A program made the translations under genes and the position numbers. Positions 25,762 to 37,116 of a stretch of 49,277 nt of DNA are shown in pieces; within the stretch, counting starts at the first letter, position 1, and every line of letters begins with the position of its first letter. Origin of the DNA: an uncultured Bacteriovoracaceae bacterium (GTDB lineage: Bacteria; Bdellovibrionota; UBA1018); contig CAYXVB010000003.1 of the NCBI GenBank assembly GCA_964467785.1, positions 1-49,277 on the forward strand, written 5' to 3'. Under the pieces are notes generated by a model. It was not told the DNA's origin. It saw only the letters and a program-made list of their open reading frames with translations, and made no database searches.

Positions 25762-26425
25762 GGTCTGGGAGTGCTTTATCTTGGATGCGCTGCGCAGGCA
25801 ATCCGTCCTGCAGGAGGACTTCCCGGATTCGACCTTCGGAGTTTTGGAGGGTCAGCGTCCGCTTGAGGTCGCGGCGCTCCAAGGGCAGGTGGATGCGGAG
25901 GGTGGCTTGGAAATTGGCCATCCAGGATGGAGTTTCGTGGAAGAGCGGCAGGTGCGCGACCAGCCCCAGCTCCGAGTAATAAAGCTGCAGCGGAAAGAGG
26001 GCGAATGTCGCGACCGGAAAGAGCGCATTGCCGTCCTTGCCCAGACCCAGACCCGCCTCGCCACTGATTGCGCCAGGCAGCGTGGCGAACTTGCCGGTGC
26101 CGTAGAGGATCCCGCTTCCGAGACCGTTTACGCCTCGGAGCGGAATCAGAAGTTGCGCGGCGATTCCCGCGTATCCCTGGGCTCCTGATCGGCGATAGGA
26201 GATCCGGCTTTCTTCCAGGCGCGATAGGGAGAGCCCAAGTAGCTGCGATGCTCCACCGAACGCATCGAAGCGGACCGAGCCGAAGAGGGCCTGATTGGTC
26301 TCGAGGCTGCGGATGACTTCTTCTCGCGCATGCGAGCGCGAAGGATCGGACGCGATGGCAGTTGGTCCGGCCGAAAGGAAGATGCTGGTGAGGAGGCAAA
26401 GAGAGCCGGGGCGCATAGCTCCCAT
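25754..26425 (-). CDS. Secreted hypothetical protein, first gene of the ABC operon
   Basis: Signal-peptide-like N-terminus (LCLLTSIFLSAGPTAIA|SD). It is Gly-rich with strand-like segments. It overlaps the ATPase start by 8 nt. Confidence 0.5.
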   Translation of the reverse strand: MGAMRPGSLCLLTSIFLSAGPTAIASDPSRSHAREEVIRSLETNQALFGSVRFDAFGGASQLLGLSLSRLEESRISYRRSGAQGYAGIAAQLLIPLRGVNGLGSGILYGTGKFATLPGAISGEAGLGLGKDGNALFPVATFALFPLQLYYSELGLVAHLPLFHETPSWMANFQATLRIHLPLERRDLKRTLTLQNSEGRIREVLLQDGLPAQRIQDKALPDHE

Positions 26426-26799
26426 GCATAGACCAATTCCATCTGAATGAACACCTGTCTCCGGCGGGAAGGGCGGGCGAGTTCATGGCTCTCTCGCCGG
26501 TCTCATCAAGCTGGGTCAGAGAGGGTCGGCTTAACTGATCGACCTGATTTGGTGGCTTGTGCGTCAATGGATTAATGCGCTGCATTAAGTGCGAGCTATT
26601 GATCCCAAACGATGGAGTCCCGGATCAACGCATTCGTCTTTGCAACGCTGCGATCGTCGAGTCGGAAAAAATTTTTGGCTCAGATCCTAATTCATGAGGC
26701 GGCCCATGCTGCCGGCTTTCGAAACGAGTTTGATGCCACTCTGATCGAAATCTCGGATCTCGGCGTGACTGGAAACGATCTGGTCTTTGTGAGTGTTTG

Positions 26800-29700
26800 T
26801 CATCGTGCGAGGACTGAATAGCCGACCTGGCAATTCACGAGTCCAATCTCGTCTAAGAGTCGTTCGCTTTGGTCGATCATTTCCTTGGTATAAAAAGACG
26901 TGGAAGCTTTGCCAAGCGCCACGATTTTTTGCGCTTCCGCCTGATGCTGCTTGAAGTGGTCGAGGACCATCGCGGCGGCGATTGCACGTTCTTTTTCCAA
27001 GTCTTTCGCGAACAGATTCATCCGTTCGCGGAGCGCCGAAACGAGCGCGGCAGACGGTTCTTGGATCGCGGCAAGTCTGAGTATCAGGGAGGATTCCATG
27101 GTGCCGACCTTCTCGGCCAACTTGTCAGCATTGCGGCGCAGGTAGTCTCTTAGCTCAGTGTCCGCTATTTTTCCGAGATTCCCGCTTTTTAGGACTCCGT
27201 ATCGGTCTCCGCGTTGGAGCATCGTCGAAAATAGTTTGTCATTTACTACAGGAATTGCGGAAAGTTGCGCGCGCAGTTCCTTGGTCAGCGAGGGGTTTTC
27301 AGCGAGTTCGATGATCTGAGAGCCCAAGATTGTCGGATTGGCTCCCATTTCAAGCTGCTCCGCCATTGAGATCTTGAGAACTTTCAGCGCAGAGTCCGTG
27401 GAGCGGCCTTCGTTTAACAGCTTGAGTGCAGCGAAGGTCTTTGCTTCGGCGATGAGCCTGCTTTCCGCAGGCGTGCCTGATGAGGTCGAATTCAAGATTT
27501 TCTCGCACCAGTCTCTATAGGCAGTCCCCGCTTTCAGCTCTCGGGTCGCTCCCATCAAGTGAAGTGCCTGATTCCATCTGGAAGGGTTGCCGGAGGCCGG
27601 ATCGAAGTGCCGGAAAAACCGTACGCGAAGCCCAGGATCGGTTTCGATCTCCTTTGCGATTCTGGTACCGATCCAATTTCGGATCTGGGGATCGAAGTCG
27701 CTGAGGAGCTCCGCGGTATGCACGAATTCCTGGGACGCCTTCAGGTGGTTCCAGACCTTTTCAAGTTCGATCTCAATTTGGGATCGGGAAGTGAACTCCT
27801 TGCAGTTCTGAGGCTGGACCTCGGCCGCGCAGGAAATGAGGACACGAAGGTACTTGTTCGAAACGAAGCCCGAGGCGAATGCGCTGCGAAGATCACTCAG
27901 GCTGATTAGGGCGCTTGTAGAGTCTTTCAGAAGCTTTTGAAGACCTTTGTTGGCTTCGGAAAGAAGTTCCGGGAGATTTTGCTTCTTCGCTAGTGTCGCA
28001 AGCTCAAGAAGTCTTGGAATCCCGGCAGACTTGACTGACCGGGATAACTGACGACTCGCCTCATCCCGGGTGTCTGAGTAGGCAAGTAAGTGCTCGGCCA
28101 ATGCCGGAGCAGCCCTAGAGTCGAGCAGGAATGCATTTGAGAGATCCTTGACGAAGACTGCTCTGAGCTCTTTGTCATTCGGAAATTCGGAAATCAGGCC
28201 GTGGGCAAGGTCCGCATGAAGAGGGAGAGGAGTTCCATGGGCGGCATTGCGCAGCACTACTGTCCTGAGTGCCGGATTCAAGTCGGGAAAGTCTTCGAGG
28301 ATTTGTGGCAACAGCGAGTATAATGCCAGTCTGGGGACTTTTGAATCGGGTCCCAATCGTTCTAGGATCCATGAACTCATTTTTCTTCGATGTTGGGGAG
28401 GATCCCGGTACAAATCTTTAAGCGTCTCCTTAAGGCCAGATGACGCGATGGGGTCCGTAAAGTCGGACACTCGATCTAGTTCCGCAAGGACAGAGGTGAG
28501 GAAGTCCTCCGGGATAGGATTGAAGTCGGTTGGAATTACGTCGATCCTGGCTTTGACCAGTTCTTTCAGTTGCGATGTCTTGATTTCGCTCTCGGCCAAA
28601 GTAGCCCACTCTCGATTGAACTCACCCTGCGTTTTATCGAATAATGCGCGCCAACGCGCGGGAGTTGCGAGGTTTGGACTCGATTCATAGAGGGTTTTAA
28701 GCGCTTTCCGATCAGAGGGGCTCCAAAGCAGGAAGTCCTCGAGTTTGAAGCCTAGTTGATTTTGCGCTTCCTTGAATTTTTGGTAGTCGATTTCTTGAAT
28801 CTTGCCGGGGGTCAGGGTACGCGCGATTAGAAACTGCTCCTGGTTCAGGTGGAGATGCTGCAAGACTTTTGCTTGATCCAGTTCCTTGCCTGTCACCGAG
28901 CTTTCGAGAACCTGATGCGCCAGGATCCCGCGATCCATAAGCGGGACCTTATCGAGATTTGGCTCGTAGGGTAGACGAAAGGAGGAACGCTCGATCGTCG
29001 AGTTTCGATCAGGGATGTCCTTGGTGTCAAAGACACGAGCGAACTTCAGGGATTCCGGATCATAGTATCCGTTCGTGCCATCACTTGATTGCGCGAGTTT
29101 GCGCCAGCTTTTAGATAGCTTGGCCTGTGCGGGTGCAGAGTGGATCGCTTCAAACCCCTTTTTTATCTCACCGGTGTTCACCGTAGAATGGTTTTTCAAG
29201 AAATCGGGGCGAAGCAGTCGCGTGGAGTTCCAGTCCTTCGCGATGAGCAGAGTGACCTGCCTCACGTCCTCCTCACCGAGCCTGGCGCCATTGACGGTGA
29301 CGATGTACGGTAGTTTTTTTCCGTTTACTTCTGCCGGAGTGACCAAAGCATAACCGTCTGGTTTCGCGGAATGATCGCTACCCTTGCGAATGATATAGGT
29401 TTTAGTCCCTTTTGACAGTGGGAAGTAGGGGACAGCAACGATCGAACAATCCCCCCCGTGGCAGCCGCGATAGACGGCCATACTCGGGGGTGTGGTTTCG
29501 ATGCTGATCCTGCGTCTTGAGACCGCCTCGCCTTTGGGGTTGGTTGGAGTGAGCGCCTTCGTTAGGTCCCTTTTTATAAATTGGTTCTCTACGTGCGCTG
29601 ATGCCTGTGAGAGCACGCTTTGACCGGGATTCTGCGCGAGGCTTGCTACTAGCGGTTTCAGGTGCTGCCGGTAGAGACTGTGGTAGCTGTCTTCGAGCGT

Positions 29701-30279
29701 GCCACGGTCGAGCGACAGTAAGGTCGCACGGACTTTCTCCCAGTGGCCTGACAAGGGAAGTGGATCGGCGACTTTTCCGGTGTGATCGTACAGGAAGGGC
29801 GCCAGGCGCAGAAGCCGCTGAAGCTGGCTTTTGTATAGACTCTGATCGAGTTTTCCCTCTCTGTATGAAAGGCCTTTCAGTTTTTCGCTGTCCGCCTTCA
29901 ATGAGGTTGGACTTAAGATCTCCGAGAGCTTGCCTAGGTCAGCGAGAAGTCGTTCTCGAAGGGCTTCAAGCGCCGAAAGATCGAATCTCGCATCTTCACT
30001 TCCGAGGTATTGACTGATCCAGCGTGTTTGCTCTTCTTGCCAGAGAGGGTTCGATTCCTTACCGAGCTGAGCGGTCACCCCAGGTATCGGTGTGGCGGTA
30101 TCAAAGACACTTCTGTTGAATTGAAGGTTGCTGCGCACGCTCTCAGGATGGTTCTCGATGAGCACGCTGATGAAGTCCAGTCGCCCCTCGATCGATTGAA
30201 GATCGGGTTCCGCGGCCAGTACGTTGCCCCAATTTAGGGCAGTTAAAAGCGTAAAGAAGAAAAAGAGTCGCCTCATCAA
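26800..30279 (-). CDS. Very large secreted hypothetical protein (1159 aa)
   Basis: Uninterrupted ORF. Signal peptide MMRRLFFFFTLLTALNWGNVLA|AEPD. Mostly helical-looking sequence with no recognisable catalytic motif. The C-terminus is NCQVGYSVLAR. Confidence 0.7.
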   Translation of the reverse strand: MMRRLFFFFTLLTALNWGNVLAAEPDLQSIEGRLDFISVLIENHPESVRSNLQFNRSVFDTATPIPGVTAQLGKESNPLWQEEQTRWISQYLGSEDARFDLSALEALRERLLADLGKLSEILSPTSLKADSEKLKGLSYREGKLDQSLYKSQLQRLLRLAPFLYDHTGKVADPLPLSGHWEKVRATLLSLDRGTLEDSYHSLYRQHLKPLVASLAQNPGQSVLSQASAHVENQFIKRDLTKALTPTNPKGEAVSRRRISIETTPPSMAVYRGCHGGDCSIVAVPYFPLSKGTKTYIIRKGSDHSAKPDGYALVTPAEVNGKKLPYIVTVNGARLGEEDVRQVTLLIAKDWNSTRLLRPDFLKNHSTVNTGEIKKGFEAIHSAPAQAKLSKSWRKLAQSSDGTNGYYDPESLKFARVFDTKDIPDRNSTIERSSFRLPYEPNLDKVPLMDRGILAHQVLESSVTGKELDQAKVLQHLHLNQEQFLIARTLTPGKIQEIDYQKFKEAQNQLGFKLEDFLLWSPSDRKALKTLYESSPNLATPARWRALFDKTQGEFNREWATLAESEIKTSQLKELVKARIDVIPTDFNPIPEDFLTSVLAELDRVSDFTDPIASSGLKETLKDLYRDPPQHRRKMSSWILERLGPDSKVPRLALYSLLPQILEDFPDLNPALRTVVLRNAAHGTPLPLHADLAHGLISEFPNDKELRAVFVKDLSNAFLLDSRAAPALAEHLLAYSDTRDEASRQLSRSVKSAGIPRLLELATLAKKQNLPELLSEANKGLQKLLKDSTSALISLSDLRSAFASGFVSNKYLRVLISCAAEVQPQNCKEFTSRSQIEIELEKVWNHLKASQEFVHTAELLSDFDPQIRNWIGTRIAKEIETDPGLRVRFFRHFDPASGNPSRWNQALHLMGATRELKAGTAYRDWCEKILNSTSSGTPAESRLIAEAKTFAALKLLNEGRSTDSALKVLKISMAEQLEMGANPTILGSQIIELAENPSLTKELRAQLSAIPVVNDKLFSTMLQRGDRYGVLKSGNLGKIADTELRDYLRRNADKLAEKVGTMESSLILRLAAIQEPSAALVSALRERMNLFAKDLEKERAIAAAMVLDHFKQHQAEAQKIVALGKASTSFYTKEMIDQSERLLDEIGLVNCQVGYSVLAR

Positions 30280-30476
30280 CGACTTATCGCCATCGAAACC
30301 ACCTTCCTTAAGGCCAAAGCTAATGACCGATTACCGGTTAAATGACATGTGGATTTCGTTCGGGCCTTGCATGGTTGCGGGCCATCTAAGCTTTTGAATA
30401 GTTTGATGAAAACGGGGTAGGTGCCTTCTTTTTTTCCTGGACTAAATTCCGCGGCGGCATTCAAGAAGCGAGATTC

Positions 30477-32312
30477 GTGGCCGATAATCTAGAGATGGGG
30501 AGTGATTTCATTCAGCGCCCGTACCCAATCAGAAGGGATTCGATTCGAGCATCGTTGCTGATTGCGGCGGTTGTCTGGGTATTGGCAAGCGTGGTGCCGG
30601 TCGGGGCTCAAGGGCCGGATGGCGTGCCTGCAGGATTTGAAAGTTACCTCTCCAGACCCGATATTCTGTCGCTGAAACCCAGGGCCCATTCAGATCTCGG
30701 AGGAGATTGGAAGGAGCTCAAACGAAGCCATCTCGAAGCGGCGTCGATGTTACTGGAGATGTATCCGGACCAGGAGCTCTATTTTCTCGCTCGTGATTCC
30801 GAGTTGATTCATGACCTTGTCAAATGGCTTTCTAGGGATGACCCAAGGCGCTCGAGTCGCCTGCATCTGCTCAATATTTCCCGTGGGAATATGGATGCGG
30901 AGAATGTCAAAGCTTATCTGGCGCAAGAGGGCATCAGTGAGGCGAGTCTCGGAGCGGGCAAAAAGATCTTGCTCGTCGATACAGGCTTCAGCGGGACGAT
31001 CCCAAAAGTGCTACAGAGTTACTTTCCAGCCTCCCTGCGCCCCCAGTTTCAGACGCATCTCATGTGTTCCGAGAATCCAGGAATCCCGTCTTCGAGGGCC
31101 TTTCTTACAGGCATCAATCCCGCAGCGGTCGATCTCGATCCTGCGGAAATGCAGGGGTCGATCATCAGCTACGAGCATTTGCCGCGCTGGACGGATCGCT
31201 CGACGCAATTCGCCTCGGTTGGAGGCAAGTGGCAACCGTTGAGTCGAATCAGGAGAGAGGTCGACGGAATCGTGAACCCCGAGCTCGCGAAAAAGTACAT
31301 GGAAGATCTGTTGTTTGAGGCGGAAAAGCCGTCTTCAAAGGAGCTACTCGTCACTCGACGCGCGCAATGGGCGAAGGTGCGGGAAACCGCGCGAGAGGGA
31401 GACGCGGGTCGATTGAGGCAGGAACTCAGGGCGCTACTGGCTGCCCATCGGGCACCGAATCCAGACAGTCGGTTCATCGAGGCGATGGTTCGCGACGTCG
31501 TGGATATGGCCCAAAAAAAACAACTCCCCGGCGCTAAAGCGATCGCGTTGACGGTCGAGGAGCTCGGTCTGACTCCCGTAAAGGCCGGGTTGAGAGCCAC
31601 GAAAATGGAATTAATCGAGAAATATCCGGAATGGGCCCACGTCTTACAAAATCCCGAGACGGAAATCGAAGCGCTCGTCAAGAATGGCGAATTCGGCAAG
31701 CTGGGCGCGATCACGGATGTGGTCAATGATCACGAATTTTTCACGATTTTGACCCGCTCCCTCGCGAAGCATGCATCGCAGAAAGGGGTACGGGAGTACA
31801 TCCAGATGCTGATTGAAAAGGACGATCAAGGAATCCTCCGTTTTCTCGCAAGCAATACTTTCTCAAGGAGTGAAACCGCGGGGATGGCCGATTTGCTTCG
31901 TCTCCTGATTGAAAAAGGGGATTCGGAGACTCTGCAAACACTTGCGCGCGAGACCTTCACGAAACGGCACACCGCGAGGATGTCCGACTTGCTCCGCTTA
32001 ATGATCGAAAGAGGCGATCAGGAAGTGAAGCGGACAATAGCGAGTGTCACTTTTTCGCAGCCCCACACGGCAGGCATGAAGGATCTGGTCCGTCTGCTTC
32101 TCGAGGAGGAAAGTCCCGTCATTTTGGCGCCCTTGAGAAAGAGTCTTTCCTTCTACCATTGGGATGACCCTATTCTCCAGGCCGCGGCCCAGATGGATGA
32201 TCCTAGCGCCAGGTTCACTTACCTGCGCGAGCACCTCGGACCGGCAGTGAAATCGAAGACCGCTTCCTCTCCCGCTTCTTGCGCGGTGCAGTTTCAGTCG
32301 CTCGCGCAGTAG
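30477..32312 (+). CDS. Large hypothetical protein (611 aa) with an N-terminal signal/anchor and C-terminal 32-aa repeats
   Basis: Start at GTG 30477 or ATG 30495. Hydrophobic segment SLLIAAVVWVLASVVPVGA. Four tandem 32-aa helical repeats. The C-terminus is SCAVQFQSLAQ. Confidence 0.7.
   Translation: MADNLEMGSDFIQRPYPIRRDSIRASLLIAAVVWVLASVVPVGAQGPDGVPAGFESYLSRPDILSLKPRAHSDLGGDWKELKRSHLEAASMLLEMYPDQELYFLARDSELIHDLVKWLSRDDPRRSSRLHLLNISRGNMDAENVKAYLAQEGISEASLGAGKKILLVDTGFSGTIPKVLQSYFPASLRPQFQTHLMCSENPGIPSSRAFLTGINPAAVDLDPAEMQGSIISYEHLPRWTDRSTQFASVGGKWQPLSRIRREVDGIVNPELAKKYMEDLLFEAEKPSSKELLVTRRAQWAKVRETAREGDAGRLRQELRALLAAHRAPNPDSRFIEAMVRDVVDMAQKKQLPGAKAIALTVEELGLTPVKAGLRATKMELIEKYPEWAHVLQNPETEIEALVKNGEFGKLGAITDVVNDHEFFTILTRSLAKHASQKGVREYIQMLIEKDDQGILRFLASNTFSRSETAGMADLLRLLIEKGDSETLQTLARETFTKRHTARMSDLLRLMIERGDQEVKRTIASVTFSQPHTAGMKDLVRLLLEEESPVILAPLRKSLSFYHWDDPILQAAAQMDDPSARFTYLREHLGPAVKSKTASSPASCAVQFQSLAQ
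31755..32138 (+). repeat. Four tandem 96-nt (32-aa) coding repeats
   Basis: The units are TRSLAKHASQKGVREYIQMLIEKDDQGILRFLA / SNTFSRSETAGMADLLRLLIEKGDSETLQTLA / RETFTKRHTARMSDLLRLMIERGDQEVKRTIA / SVTFSQPHTAGMKDLVRLLLEEESPVILAPL. Confidence 0.85.
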
Positions 32313-32367
32313 TGGGAAGATTGGCGGGTTTTGAAAATGCCCGTTCGAGGTCCCGGGTTCAGTCTAC

Positions 32368-32402
32368 AATAAGAAAGCCCGCCGACCTCGGGGCCGACGG
32401 GC
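32368..32402 (-). terminator. Terminator-like hairpin in the convergent gap after sdhB
   Basis: gcccgccgacc-tcgg-ggccgacgggc pairs at 9 of 11 positions. On the minus strand it is followed by TTTCTTATT. It may also serve the convergent 611-aa gene. Confidence 0.5.
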
Positions 32403-32457
32403 TGATCTCAGAGATCCTCGAATCAGGCTTTGCGGACCTGGGCCTTGCGGCTTCGGG

Positions 32458-33275
32458 TCAGACGCCTTCGCTGTGCTTGCGCTCGGGGCGGGCCGTAAGG
32501 GTCGCGGCGAAGAGCTGGCGGTTCATGCGCGCCATGTTCTCGAGCGTGATTTCCTTGGGGCACGCGGCCTCGCAGGCGCCCGTGTTGGTGCAGGAGCCAA
32601 AGCCCTCGGCGTCCATCTGGGCCACCATCGCGCGGACGCGGCGGTCCTGCTCGACCTTGCCCTGGGGAAGGAGCGAGAGCTGCGAGATCTTGGCCGAAGT
32701 GAACAGCATGGCCGAGGCGTTTTTGCAGGCCGCGACACAGGCGCCGCAGCCAATGCAGGCGGCGGCGTCAAAGGCGCGGTCGGCGTCTTCCTTCGGCACG
32801 GGCAGATTGTTGGCGTCGCGCGCGTTGCCCGTGTTGACCGAAACGAAGCCGCCGGCCGAGATGATCCGGTCGAAGGCCGAGCGGTCAACCGACAGATCCT
32901 TGTTGACCGGGAACGCTTTGGCGCGGAACGGCTCGACGATGACCGTCTCTCCGTCTTTGAACCGGCGCATGTGAAGCTGGCAGGTCGCTGTGCCACGATC
33001 CGGGCCGTGCGGATTTCCGTTGATCGTCATCGCGCAGGAGCCGCAGATCCCCTCGCGGCAGTCGTGGTCGAAAGCGACGGGATCCTTGCCGCTCTTGATC
33101 AGGTCCTGATTGACCTCGTCGATCATCTCCAGGAAGGACATGTCAGGGGAGACGTGCGGAGCATCGATCGACTCGAAGCGACCGGCGTCGTTCGGGCCCT
33201 TCTGGCGCCAGATTTTAAGGTGCAACTTCATCGTATTGTTCGTCGTCATTTCAATATCCTGGTTGAACTTCCTGC

Positions 33276-33279
<4 letters not shown>
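32458..33279 (-). CDS. sdhB: Succinate dehydrogenase / fumarate reductase iron-sulfur subunit
   Basis: Cys clusters [20 protein letters not shown] and [12 protein letters not shown]. The start is either GTG 33279, overlapping the sdhA stop (GTGA), or ATG 33249 with AGGA upstream. Confidence 0.93.
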
Positions 33280-35189
<1,910 letters not shown>

Positions 35190-35202
35190 TGGATGTTGTT
35201 CC

Positions 35203-35892
35203 TTATTTCACGAAAAAGTAGACGTAAACCGGCTGGGCCCCGAAGCCGAGGCCGACGATCAGTGCGTATGCGGTGCTGAAGATCTTCAGGCCGGGCGTAT
35301 AGCGCGGATGGCGGAAGCCCAGGCTCTGGAAGCTCGACTGCACGCCGTGGCTCAGGTGAAAGCCCAAGGTGCCCATCGAAATCACGTAGAAGAGCACGTA
35401 GGCGGGGCTTTGAAAGACCTCGACGACAAGGCGGTGCAGGTCGCGGACCATCACGCCGTTGTAATCGGTTTCGTACACGGTTCCGTACTTGAACGTCACC
35501 AGGTGGTAGACGGTGAAGATCAGCAGGACCATGCCGTGATAGATCATGGTCTTGGATGCTTGCGATACGGCCTTGGAGCCGTTAGTCGGCATCGCGTAGC
35601 GGGTGGGGCGGGCCGAGCGGTTCTCGATCGTCAGGCGGATCGCCATGAACACATGAAGGAGGAACATCAAAAGCAGGCCCAGCTCCGCGACAGTGATCAG
35701 CGGGTTGGTGATCAGCTTGTGGCTATACATATTGTAGGCTTCAGGTCCGACGAAGAGCAGCAGGTTGCCCAGCATGTGGGTGAGCACAAAGAGGCTCATG
35801 CTCAAACCCGTGATGGCCATCACGTATTTCTTGCCGATCGAAGACGTTAGAAACCGACCCAGAGTGGATACAGGTGCAGTGAGAGTGGACAT
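35203..35892 (-). CDS. sdhC: Succinate dehydrogenase cytochrome b558 subunit
   Basis: 229 aa with five hydrophobic helices and conserved His residues ([14 protein letters not shown]). It is positioned first in the sdhCAB operon. Confidence 0.85.
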   Translation of the reverse strand: MSTLTAPVSTLGRFLTSSIGKKYVMAITGLSMSLFVLTHMLGNLLLFVGPEAYNMYSHKLITNPLITVAELGLLLMFLLHVFMAIRLTIENRSARPTRYAMPTNGSKAVSQASKTMIYHGMVLLIFTVYHLVTFKYGTVYETDYNGVMVRDLHRLVVEVFQSPAYVLFYVISMGTLGFHLSHGVQSSFQSLGFRHPRYTPGLKIFSTAYALIVGLGFGAQPVYVYFFVK

Positions 35893-36093
35893 AGTGGTCG
35901 AGGTTGTAACTCAGCGCCCCTCGGACTGTAAAGCAAGACTCCGGAAGTCGGAGATGAGCGCAGGGGCGTTGAGAGAGTTTGACGCTCCGTGCTGCAGGGG
36001 TGGAGCGCGCCGTGGTCCTTTCAAAAGTTGCCCGTCTCTTTGAGATTGTGTTTAAACTGGGCGACAAGGCCGCTTCGGAGAGGTCCTATTCCG

Positions 36094-36942
36094 ATGAAAG
36101 AGATTAGTATCTTCGACTATGTGGATTACCGAAGATTCCTTAATGACGCGATCCGACTTCGGCTGGCGCGAAACTCGCGACTGAGCTTTCGAGCGGTGGC
36201 CAAAAGGGCTGGCTTCGCGTCGCCGGGCTATTGCCAGATGGTGATTCGCGGAGAGCGAAACCTTTCCGCGAACTCGGCGGCCAAGTTCGCCGATTATTTC
36301 CGGATGGATCCGGAGGCGACTGCCTATCTCAAGTCCCTCGTGTCACTGAACCAGGCCCGTTCCGAACTCGAACGTCGAAAGGTTCTTTCGGAGATGCAGC
36401 TCTGCCTTCAGCAGGTCCGGCCGGCCGTCCCCTCCAAGGTATTCGCTATTGAGCAAACCTGGGACGGTCTCGCCATTCTCGAGCTCGGTTATTGTAGGGA
36501 CTTCGTGCTGACTCCCGAAAGCGCATATGAGGCCCTGAACAAGGTGGTGCCGCTCCCGCAGCTCCGCCTGACTTTCGATTTTCTCACGCTCCATGGCTAT
36601 TTGAGGCGCGAAGGAGGGAGTTTCTGCGTCGTCGAATCTCCGATGCTGCGTAGCCGCGACGAGATCCAAAGCGCTTTCGTCGAGGAGATCCACCGCCAGG
36701 CGTCGCATGCGGCGCAGCGGGCTCTTGAGCTGCCGGTGGCCGAGCGCGAATTTCAAAACGTCACACTCGCGTTGTCCGAGGGGAACTTCGCGGAGCTCAA
36801 GCGAAGGATCAAGCAGCTCGCGCTCGATTTGACCGAGACCTTTGCCAACGACGCCAACGCTTCGGAGGTCTACCAGATCAACCTTCAGGCCTTTCCGGTT
36901 ACGAGGACCCAATCTAAAAAAATAAAGCATAACGCGCTTTGA
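36094..36942 (+). CDS. TIGR02147 / DUF4423-family HTH regulator
   Basis: IFDYVDYRRFLNDAI...LSFRAVAKRAGFASPGYCQMVIRGERNLSANSAAKFADYF matches the family N-terminus as recalled from memory. ATG at 36094 has GGAGAGG upstream. The tracked start at 35989 is an extension. Confidence 0.75.
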   Translation: MKEISIFDYVDYRRFLNDAIRLRLARNSRLSFRAVAKRAGFASPGYCQMVIRGERNLSANSAAKFADYFRMDPEATAYLKSLVSLNQARSELERRKVLSEMQLCLQQVRPAVPSKVFAIEQTWDGLAILELGYCRDFVLTPESAYEALNKVVPLPQLRLTFDFLTLHGYLRREGGSFCVVESPMLRSRDEIQSAFVEEIHRQASHAAQRALELPVAEREFQNVTLALSEGNFAELKRRIKQLALDLTETFANDANASEVYQINLQAFPVTRTQSKKIKHNAL

Positions 36943-37116
36943 GCGTCATGTCGTATTTCTTAAGTGAGGCTCTCGCACGGCCTATCGTCCGCCGCATTTT
37001 TCGCCAACTCCTTCGTCAACTCTTTCGTCAACTCCATGACGGGCAGGTGGGCGCTTTGACTGTGGCTAAAGGCCCACTTCTTCAAGAATTTCCGTAAAAT
37101 CGCCGATCAGGGGGAC

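Noticed and set aside
36018-36040. Sigma54-like TGG...TTGC element upstream of the TIGR02147 regulator
   Set aside because: The spacing between the GG and GC dinucleotides is 14 nt instead of the required 10, and the flanking bases do not fit TGGCAC-N5-TTGC.
36980-37025. Short direct repeat ccttcgtcaactc / tttcgtcaactc upstream of the 1118-aa gene
   Set aside because: There are only two 12-13-nt copies in an intergenic region, which could be chance or a minor regulatory repeat. This is not enough evidence to call a feature.
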